Shown here piece after piece: positions 15,893 through 23,050 of a stretch of DNA of 29,301 nucleotides. The DNA comes from Chloroflexota bacterium. Lineage in GTDB: Bacteria; Chloroflexota; Limnocylindria; QHBO01. The position numbers and the translations under genes are program-made. Positions within the stretch are counted from its first letter, which is position 1, and each line of letters begins with the position of its first letter. The stretch spans positions 1-29,301 of the forward strand of contig JBKOZM010000138.1 of the NCBI GenBank assembly GCA_046725855.1, read 5' to 3'. Under the pieces are notes generated by a model that was not told the DNA's origin, searched no databases, and saw only the letters and a program-made list of their open reading frames with translations.

Positions 15893-17497
15893 ATGGCCGC
15901 CGAGACGCAGCTGCTCTACCTGGAGCCGGACGACGAGATCACGTCCGTCGTCCGCCGCCTGCGCGAGGCCGATGGCGATCGCGTCGTGCTCGTCGCCTCG
16001 GGACGCACCAAGGCGACGACGAGCGCCGTCGCGCTTCGTCTGCTGGCCCAGGTGGCGGCCGAGGAGGGCCGCGAAGTCGTCCTGGTCGCCGATCCGATGG
16101 CGCGGGCGCTGGCCGGCGAGGCCGGCATCCCCGCGTTTGCATCGGTGGCCGATGCGAATGCCGATGGCGCTATGGCGCCTGAGCCGGTGCCGCCGCGCCG
16201 GGCGCCGATCCACGTCGTGCGCGGCCAGGCCCAGCCGGCCGCTCCGCCGCCGGCACGCGTTCCGCCACCGCCGCCAGCCTCGATGGCCGGCGACGAGACG
16301 CAGGCCGTCCGGCTGCCGCCTGCGAGCCCCGCCCCGTCGCGTGCACGCCGACCCCGCGCCCTGCGCGTCGCGCCGCGCGCGCTGGTGGCCGTCGTGGTGG
16401 CGCTGCTCCTGCTGGCGGCTGCCGCACTCGCCGCCGTGCTGCCGGGTGCCACGATCACGATTCGGCCGGTGAGCGTCGCCGTCGGACCGCGGACCTACGG
16501 CGTCCAGCCGGACACGCAGCGCACGGACAGCGGCGAGGTATCGATCACGGTTCCCGGGACCGCGACGGGCGACCACCCAGTGCTCACCCCGGCCACCGGC
16601 ACGGTCACGTTCCTGAACTACAGCTACGTCGTGGTGGAGATCCCCCAGGGCACGCGCGTGTCGGCGAGCGGCGAGGTCTTCTTCACGACTGTCGAACGCG
16701 TGCTGGCGCCGCCCGGTGAGCTGACCGGTGGCGATCCGCCGATCAACCCCGGCCGCGTGAGCGTGGGAGTGGTGGCCGAGGTGGCCGGCACGGGCGGCAA
16801 CGTGGCGGCTGAGGCGATCGACACCGTCGAGAACCGAAATGTCGACCGCTACCTCCAGGCGTTTCCCAATCAGCGCGGCCGGCGCGTGATCAACCCGGAG
16901 GCGACCAGCGGCGGCGCCGAGGAGCACGTGCCGGTGGTCAAGCGGGAGGACGTGGACGCGGTCGTCGCGCAGCTCACCACGCAGCTGCAGGAAGGGCTTG
17001 CTGCGCGCCTCGCCGGGCACGCGGATCGCATCTACCCCACGGTCGAGCCATCCGCGCCGGTGATCGAGGTCCCCGATGACCTGGTCGGGTCGGAGGGGGA
17101 GGCGACCTTCGAGCTGACCGGCACCCTGCCGTACTCGGTGCCCTACGTGCTGCGAGCCGACGTCGAGGCGGCAGCGCGCGATCAGCTGCAAGCCGATGGC
17201 GCCGCGTTGCCGGCTGGCACCACGCTGCTGCCCGAGACGATCGAGGTCGACCCCGGCCAGGCCACGCTGGCCGGCCAGACGGTGCGCGTCCCCGTGTCCG
17301 TCCGGGCCGAGGCCGCGGCGGACGTGGACGAGGAGCAGGTGCGCGAGCTGGCGGCCGGCAGGACGCCCGACGAGGCGCGGGCGGCGCTGGCGGAGATGGG
17401 CGAGGTGACGGTCACGCTCTGGCCGGACTGGGTGGACCGCGTGCCGCGCCTGGGCTGGCGCATCGACATCGAGCTATCGGCGCCTGAGGCCGAATGA
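15893..17497 (+). CDS. Single-pass membrane protein: N-terminal alpha/beta domain, Pro-rich linker, TM, baseplate J/gp47-like domain
   Basis: TM ALVAVVVALLLLAAAALAAVL followed by baseplate-J-type pattern ATGTVTFLN...IPQGT...FFTT...V.VVAEVAGTGGNV....I...VINPEATSGG. Confidence 0.75.
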   Translation: MAAETQLLYLEPDDEITSVVRRLREADGDRVVLVASGRTKATTSAVALRLLAQVAAEEGREVVLVADPMARALAGEAGIPAFASVADANADGAMAPEPVPPRRAPIHVVRGQAQPAAPPPARVPPPPPASMAGDETQAVRLPPASPAPSRARRPRALRVAPRALVAVVVALLLLAAAALAAVLPGATITIRPVSVAVGPRTYGVQPDTQRTDSGEVSITVPGTATGDHPVLTPATGTVTFLNYSYVVVEIPQGTRVSASGEVFFTTVERVLAPPGELTGGDPPINPGRVSVGVVAEVAGTGGNVAAEAIDTVENRNVDRYLQAFPNQRGRRVINPEATSGGAEEHVPVVKREDVDAVVAQLTTQLQEGLAARLAGHADRIYPTVEPSAPVIEVPDDLVGSEGEATFELTGTLPYSVPYVLRADVEAAARDQLQADGAALPAGTTLLPETIEVDPGQATLAGQTVRVPVSVRAEAAADVDEEQVRELAAGRTPDEARAALAEMGEVTVTLWPDWVDRVPRLGWRIDIELSAPEAE

Positions 17498-17931
17498 GGC
17501 GGTTTCTCGGCCTGGACCACGGCAGCCGGCGCCTGGGCGTGGCCGTGGGCGATTCGGAGACGGGCATGGCGTTCGCGCGGCCGGCCATCCGGCGGCGTGG
17601 CGGGCCTGCTGATCTGGAGGCGGTTGCGTCGCTGGCGAGATCCGAAGGTGCCGAGCTCGTCGTGCTGGGCCTGCCCCGCAACATGGACGGCAGCGAGGGG
17701 CCGCAGGCTGCCGCGGCGCGGGCCTTCGGCGATCGGCTGGTGGAGATCGGCCTGGAGGTCGCCTACGTCGACGAGCGGCTCACCAGCTGGGAGGCGGGCG
17801 AGCGGCTGGGCGCCAGGGGCGTGCGGCCGTCGCGCCAATCCGGTGAGCTGGACTCGGCGGCGGCCCGCCTCATCCTGCAAGAATACCTGGACGCCCAGTC
17901 CCGCCCTGACGCCGCACTGGAGGCCGAATGA
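17494..17931 (+). CDS. ruvX: YqgF/RuvX RNase H-like nuclease (pre-16S rRNA processing)
   Basis: LGLDHGSRRLGVAVGD, VVLGLPRNMDGS, VDERLTS, DSAAARLILQEYL. Confidence 0.95.
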   Translation: MRRFLGLDHGSRRLGVAVGDSETGMAFARPAIRRRGGPADLEAVASLARSEGAELVVLGLPRNMDGSEGPQAAAARAFGDRLVEIGLEVAYVDERLTSWEAGERLGARGVRPSRQSGELDSAAARLILQEYLDAQSRPDAALEAE

Positions 17932-19253
17932 CCCGACCGCCGGACCCGCGCTGGGGCGCGGGCGAGCGACGCAACGCCCGGATCCGCGAGCTGCGCGAGC
18001 AGCGCCAGGGACCGATGCGTCGGCGTCGGACCTTCCAGCCTGCGGTCCTGGTCGCCTGGTTTGCCGGCGTCATCGCGCTGGTGGGCGTCCTCATTTTCCT
18101 GGGCTTCCTGGCCTTCGCCCCGAGTCTCTTCGCCTGGGTCGAGGAGCACCCGGGCTCGATCGAGCACGGCCTCGTCCAGGACTTCGTGGAGTGGTACCGG
18201 CCCGGGGCGCTGGATGACGTGGCGGCCAGTGACGACGGCCCGAGGGTGACGGTGGTCGTGAAAGAGGGGAGCAACGCGACCCAGATCGGGGAGCTCCTCT
18301 TCGACCAGGGCCTGGTGCGCAGCCGCCTGGCGTTCCAGTACGCCGTCCTGCAGGCGGGGCGCGAGTCACTCCTGGCAGCCGGCACCTATGACCTGTCGCC
18401 ATCGCTGCGGCCATCGCAGATCGTGGATGCCCTGCGCCAGGTGCCGGGCGAGGAGGTGGTCGTCGCCATCCGCGAGGGCTGGCGCATGGAGGAGATCGTC
18501 GGCTATCTGGGCACGACGGACCTGACCATGAACCTGGAGGAATTCGCCGAGCTGGCCAAGGACCCGCCGGTCGACCTGCTGCGCAAGTACGACTTTCTGA
18601 ACGACCTGCCGGTCGGGCGAAGCCTGGAGGGCTACCTCTATCCGGACACCTACCGGATCTTCGCGAACGCGACGGCGCGGGAGGTGATCGAGCTGCTGCT
18701 CACCACCTTCGGCGAGCGGCTGACGCCAGAGATCCGTGAGCAGATCGCCGCCCAGGGGTTGACCATCGACAAGGCCGTCACGCTGGCCAGCATCGTCGAG
18801 CGCGAGGCCGTGCTCGATGAGGAGCGGCCGCTCATCGCCGGCGTCTACTTGAACCGGATCCGAAACCCCGGTGCCGAGACGGTTGGCCTGCTGCAGGCCG
18901 ATCCGACACTCCAGTATGCCCTGGCCACCGCCGAGTTCGGCGCGCGCCCGGTCGACGATTGGGGCGAGATCGAGTGGTGGGCTCCACTCGAGGTCGGCGG
19001 TAAGGATGTTGAGCTGCCGCCCGAGCTGGCCGGCTACCAGAGCTACCAGGTCAAGGGGCTGCCGCCCACGCCCATCTCGGCCCCGCGCATCGCCTCGCTC
19101 GCGGCGGTGGCGGCGCCCGACACCGCCAGCGGCTACTACTACTTCGTGGCGGCCTGCCCGAACGGCGAGCGCAACGGCTCGCATTACTTCGCGCGGACCC
19201 TGGGCGAGCACAACGCCAACATCGCCAAGGCCAACGCCGAGTGCCCCGCGTGA
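17928..19253 (+). CDS. mltG: Endolytic transglycosylase MltG (YceG family)
   Basis: N-terminal TM; LEGYLYPDTY, LASIVEREA (catalytic Glu), GVYLNR, LQADPT, GLPPTPI, YYFVA. Confidence 0.93.
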   Translation: MTRPPDPRWGAGERRNARIRELREQRQGPMRRRRTFQPAVLVAWFAGVIALVGVLIFLGFLAFAPSLFAWVEEHPGSIEHGLVQDFVEWYRPGALDDVAASDDGPRVTVVVKEGSNATQIGELLFDQGLVRSRLAFQYAVLQAGRESLLAAGTYDLSPSLRPSQIVDALRQVPGEEVVVAIREGWRMEEIVGYLGTTDLTMNLEEFAELAKDPPVDLLRKYDFLNDLPVGRSLEGYLYPDTYRIFANATAREVIELLLTTFGERLTPEIREQIAAQGLTIDKAVTLASIVEREAVLDEERPLIAGVYLNRIRNPGAETVGLLQADPTLQYALATAEFGARPVDDWGEIEWWAPLEVGGKDVELPPELAGYQSYQVKGLPPTPISAPRIASLAAVAAPDTASGYYYFVAACPNGERNGSHYFARTLGEHNANIAKANAECPA

Positions 19254-20353
19254 CGGCCTCGGTCGGTGCCGCCACGCGCCTCGAGCGCGCGCGGGCGCTC
19301 CTTGACGAGCTGGAGCTCGACGCACTGCTCGTCAGCCGCAACGCGGCCGAGCGCTGGCTCTCCGGCTTCGTCATCCAGCGTGGCGACGAGCTGACCTCGG
19401 GCTACTCCGGCACGCTGCTCCTGACCCGCGCCGTACAGCTGATCCTCGTCGACGACCGCTACCTCGCGCAGGCGCAGGCCGAGTGCCGCGGCTGGGACGT
19501 CCGCCTCACGACCGAGCCGCTGCACGACGAGGTGGCCCCCCTGGCAGCTGAGCAGACCGTCAGCCGACTTGGAGCCGAGGCCCGCGTGCTGAGCCACGCC
19601 GACTGGGCCGCGCTCGAGGACGCCGGCCTCGAGCTGGTGCCCGTTGACGACGGGATGGTCACGTTGCGGCTCGTGAAGGACGCCGACGAGCTGGCTGCCA
19701 TCGAGCGCGCCTGCAAGCTGACCACGGCCTGCTTCGAGCATCTGTTGGGTGTTGTCCGTCCCGGCATGACGGAGCGGGAGGTGGCCTGGGAGCTGGAGGG
19801 CTGGTTTCGCGCCAACGGTGCCGAGGACATCGCGTTCGAGCCGCTGGTGCTGGTCGGAGCCCGCGCTGCCATGCCGCATGGGACTCCCTCCGATGCGGTG
19901 GTGACGGCCGGCCAGCCGTTGCTCATCGACTTCGGCGGCCAGGTCGACGGCTACCGCAGCGACATGACCCGCACCATCTTCTTCGGCGAGCCAGCCGACG
20001 AGACGCGACGCCGCTATGAGGCGGTCCGCCAGGCCCAGCAGCTCGCCTTCCAGGCCGCCGCGCCCGGGGTCATCGGTACGGAGCTGGACCGGATCGCCCG
20101 CGAGCACCTGGCGCAGGCCGGGCTGGGCGAGGCGTTCACCCATGGCCTCGGCCACGGCATCGGTCTGGAGACCCATGAGGCGCCGATGCTCAAGGGCTGG
20201 GACCGCCCGCTGGAGGCCGGGATGGTCTTCACCCTGGAGCCGGGCGTCTATTTCCCGGGCGAGATCGGCATCCGGATCGAGGACGACGTGGTCGTGACCG
20301 ATACGGAGGCTCGGCGCCTGACCACCGCGCCACGCGAGCTGCTGGTGCTCTGA
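19250..20353 (+). CDS. Xaa-Pro aminopeptidase (M24B)
   Basis: HGTP, DFGGQVDGYRSDMTRT, HGLGHGIGLETHE, TLEPGVY, GIRIEDD. GTGA overlap with the mltG stop. Confidence 0.93.
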   Translation: MTASVGAATRLERARALLDELELDALLVSRNAAERWLSGFVIQRGDELTSGYSGTLLLTRAVQLILVDDRYLAQAQAECRGWDVRLTTEPLHDEVAPLAAEQTVSRLGAEARVLSHADWAALEDAGLELVPVDDGMVTLRLVKDADELAAIERACKLTTACFEHLLGVVRPGMTEREVAWELEGWFRANGAEDIAFEPLVLVGARAAMPHGTPSDAVVTAGQPLLIDFGGQVDGYRSDMTRTIFFGEPADETRRRYEAVRQAQQLAFQAAAPGVIGTELDRIAREHLAQAGLGEAFTHGLGHGIGLETHEAPMLKGWDRPLEAGMVFTLEPGVYFPGEIGIRIEDDVVVTDTEARRLTTAPRELLVL

Positions 20354-20381
20354 CCGAATCGTGCCGTGCTGTCACGATCGG

Positions 20382-20419
20382 TTGTGCTGCACAGCCGCAC
20401 AGCCGCACAGCCGCACAAC
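20382..20419. repeat. 38-bp element TTGTGCTG-(CACAGCCG)x3-CACAAC, copy 2
   Basis: 37/38 identical to 2079-2116; here the ends extend to a 9-bp inverted repeat CGGTTGTGC/GCACAACCG. Confidence 0.9.
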
Positions 20420-20474
20420 CGGCCTTGACAGTAGCGAGCGCCTATCCTGTCGGCGTGAATCCGGAGATCCGCAT

Positions 20475-21035
20475 TTGATCAGCACTGGCGACGTCAAGAA
20501 GGGCGTCATCATCGAGCTCGACGGGCAGCTCATGAAGGTCCTGGACTGGACCCACATCAAGATGGCCCGCGGCTCGGCTCAGGTGCGCATGAAGCTCCAG
20601 AACGTGCGCCGCGGCGACATCGTAGAGCGGACCTTCCAGGCCGGCACGCGCTGGCCTCGGGCGAGGGTCGAGCAGCGCAAGGTGCAGTACCTGTACACCG
20701 ATGGAGGGGCGTATCACTTCATGGACAACGAGACGTATGACCAGTTCACGGTGAACGGCGCCATGCTCGGCCAGGACGCGCGCTTCCTGAAGGAGAACAC
20801 CGAGGTCTTCGTCTCGATGCACGAGGGCGAGGTGCTGGGCGTCGACCTGCCGGTCACCGTCGACCTCAAGGTGAGCCAGACCGATCCGGGCTTCGCCGGC
20901 GACACCGCCACCGGCGCCAAGAAGGCCGCCACCCTGGAGACCGGGCTGGTGGTGCAGGTGCCGCTCTTCGTGAATCCGGGCGACACGCTGCGGATCGACA
21001 CCCGCAACGGCGAGTACGTGACTCGGGTCCAGTGA
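20475..21035 (+). CDS. efp: Translation elongation factor P
   Basis: TTG start with SD GGAG 8 nt upstream (MISTGDVKKG...); YLYTDG..YHFMD.ETYDQ, TDPGFAGDTA, K.ATLETG..VQVPLFV..GD...IDTR.GEY. Confidence 0.95.
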   Translation: MISTGDVKKGVIIELDGQLMKVLDWTHIKMARGSAQVRMKLQNVRRGDIVERTFQAGTRWPRARVEQRKVQYLYTDGGAYHFMDNETYDQFTVNGAMLGQDARFLKENTEVFVSMHEGEVLGVDLPVTVDLKVSQTDPGFAGDTATGAKKAATLETGLVVQVPLFVNPGDTLRIDTRNGEYVTRVQ

Positions 21036-22318
21036 GCGCCGAGCAGCCGACCCTGTGGGACGCGCCGGCCGGCGAGGAGGCGGTCGTCACCACCGCCGCG
21101 CCGCGCATCTTGCGCGTCTCCGACCTCAACCGCCGCGTCCGGGCCCTGCTGGATGCCGATGCCACGCTGGTCGACGTCTGGGTCGAGGGCGAGGTCAGCC
21201 AGCCGTCCTTCCCGCCATCGGGACATTGCTTCTTCACGTTGAAGGACGCGGCCAGCCAGGTGCGCGCGGTGATCTTCCGCGAGGAGCTGGCGCGGGCGTC
21301 AGTGCGTCCCGAGCACGGCATGCAGGTCATCTGCCATGGCCGGGTGCGCGCCTACGAGCCGCAGGGGACGTACCAGCTGTACGTGGCCTCCATCACACCG
21401 GCGGGGGCCGGCGACCTGCACCAACGCTACGAGGCGCTCCGAGTCAAGCTCGCCGCCGAGGGCCTGTTCGGCGACGAGCGGAAGCGGCCGCTGCCGCGCT
21501 GGCCGCGCCGGATCGGGGTCGTGACCTCGCCGGTGGGCGCGGTGTGGCGCGACATCGGCAACGTCATGCGCCGCCGCTACCCGTTCGCCGAGCTGGTGCT
21601 GTCGCCAACCATCGTGCAGGGTGCCACCGCGGCCGGCGCGATCGTGCGGGCGCTGCACCGGATCTACGCCACCGAGCGGATCGACGTGGTGATCCTGGCC
21701 CGCGGCGGCGGCTCGCTCGAGGACCTGTGGTCCTTCAACGACGAGAAGGTGGTCCGCACCGTGGCCAGCGCACCGATGCCGATCATCGTCGGGGTCGGCC
21801 ACGAGAGCGACGTGACGCTGTCCGACTTCGCGGCCGACGTGCGCGCGCCCACACCGTCGGCGGCCGCCGAGCAGGCGGTGCCCGATGCGACGCAGTTCAC
21901 GGCCATCGTCGGCCGCCTGCGCGACCGCGCCTCGGCCGCCATCCTCGGGCGGCTTGCCGCACAACAGCGCTACGTCGCCGAGGAGGGGCGCGCGTTGGCC
22001 CGCCTGCGCCCGGACGTGACGGCAGCCCGTCAGCGGGCGGCGGACCTGGTCGATCGGAGCCATCGGGCCCTGACCTCGCGAACGGCCCGTGAGCGGGCGT
22101 CCCTGGCCGGACTGGCCGACTCGCTGCGCGCCCTCTCGCCGGCGGCGACATTGGACCGCGGCTACGCCGTCGCGCGGCTGGCGGACGGGACGATCGTCCG
22201 GGATCCCATACAGGCCGCGGTTGGCGACCCTCTGAACGTCACGGTGGCGCGCGGTACGCTCTCGACCCGCGTCGAGGCTACGCAGGCGGACTACGCGACG
22301 GAGGAGCTGCTGCCGTGA
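21032..22318 (+). CDS. xseA: Exodeoxyribonuclease VII large subunit
   Basis: VWVEGEVS, SGHCFFTLKD, RIGVVTSP.GA, ARGGGSLEDLWSFNDE, GVGHESD.TL.DF.AD.RAPTPSAAAE. Confidence 0.96.
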   Translation: MSAEQPTLWDAPAGEEAVVTTAAPRILRVSDLNRRVRALLDADATLVDVWVEGEVSQPSFPPSGHCFFTLKDAASQVRAVIFREELARASVRPEHGMQVICHGRVRAYEPQGTYQLYVASITPAGAGDLHQRYEALRVKLAAEGLFGDERKRPLPRWPRRIGVVTSPVGAVWRDIGNVMRRRYPFAELVLSPTIVQGATAAGAIVRALHRIYATERIDVVILARGGGSLEDLWSFNDEKVVRTVASAPMPIIVGVGHESDVTLSDFAADVRAPTPSAAAEQAVPDATQFTAIVGRLRDRASAAILGRLAAQQRYVAEEGRALARLRPDVTAARQRAADLVDRSHRALTSRTARERASLAGLADSLRALSPAATLDRGYAVARLADGTIVRDPIQAAVGDPLNVTVARGTLSTRVEATQADYATEELLP

Positions 22319-22566
22319 CCGACGCCACGCCCGCGAGTGCCGACCTGGCCACACGCCCGTTCGACGAGCTGGTGGGTGAGCTGCAGCGCATCGTGCAGTC
22401 CCTGGAGGCGGGCAACCTGCCGCTCGAGGAGAGCATCGCGCTCTACCGCCGCGGCCTGGAGCTGCACGCCGCCTGTGAGGCGCGCCTTCGCGAGGCCGAG
22501 CTGACGATCACACAGCTCGGTCGGGGTGCCGTGGAGGAGGCCGCCGCGGACGGGGGCGACGCCTGA
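22315..22566 (+). CDS. xseB: Exodeoxyribonuclease VII small subunit
   Basis: FDELVGELQRIVQSLEAGNLPLEESIALYRRG...C...L..AE. Confidence 0.95.
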   Translation: MTDATPASADLATRPFDELVGELQRIVQSLEAGNLPLEESIALYRRGLELHAACEARLREAELTITQLGRGAVEEAAADGGDA

Positions 22567-23024
22567 GCACCCCGGTCGTCACGCCCGGCATCAGGCCGCC
22601 CCGCGCGGAGGATGCCACCGCGCTGGCGGCGCTGTCCGGCCAGCTCGGCTACCCAGTCGAGCCCGATGAGCTGGCCGAGCGGCTGGCGGCGGTCGTGGCC
22701 AACGACCACGCGGCCGTGCTGGTGGCGACCGATACGGCGGATCGGCCGATCGGCTGGCTGCACGTCGAGATCAAGCGCACGCTCGTCGCACCGCGCTCCG
22801 CGCAGGTGATGGGCCTGGTCGTCGATGATGCCGCGCGATCTCGGGGGATCGGGCGCGACCTCCTGACCGCAGCAGAGGCCTGGGCCGCGGCGCGCGGCTG
22901 CCATCGGATGGTGGTCGGCACCCGCGTGACGCGCGAGCGGGCGCATCGGTTCTACCAGCGCGAGGGCTATGCCCTCGACAAGACCTCGTACTTCTTCCAG
23001 AAGGGCCTCAAGCCCGGCGAGTGA
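22563..23024 (+). CDS. GNAT family N-acetyltransferase (probable CTG start)
   Basis: The frame of track ORF 22695..23024 stays open upstream and encodes IRPPRAEDATALAALSGQLGYP; acetyl-CoA motif LVVDDAARSRGIGRDLL, AHRFYQREGY. Confidence 0.85.
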   Translation: MSTPVVTPGIRPPRAEDATALAALSGQLGYPVEPDELAERLAAVVANDHAAVLVATDTADRPIGWLHVEIKRTLVAPRSAQVMGLVVDDAARSRGIGRDLLTAAEAWAAARGCHRMVVGTRVTRERAHRFYQREGYALDKTSYFFQKGLKPGE

Positions 23025-23050
23025 GGCCGGCCGGGCTATACTCGGCCGTC

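Noticed and set aside
15893-17497. Prophage, tailocin or contractile injection system
   Set aside because: No sheath, tube, spike, tape-measure, capsid or phage integrase genes nearby; the protein has a TM helix and is embedded in a housekeeping operon.
20361-20474. Track's 38-aa N-terminal extension of EF-P
   Set aside because: It reads through hairpins and the repeat; the real start is TTG 20475 with an SD.
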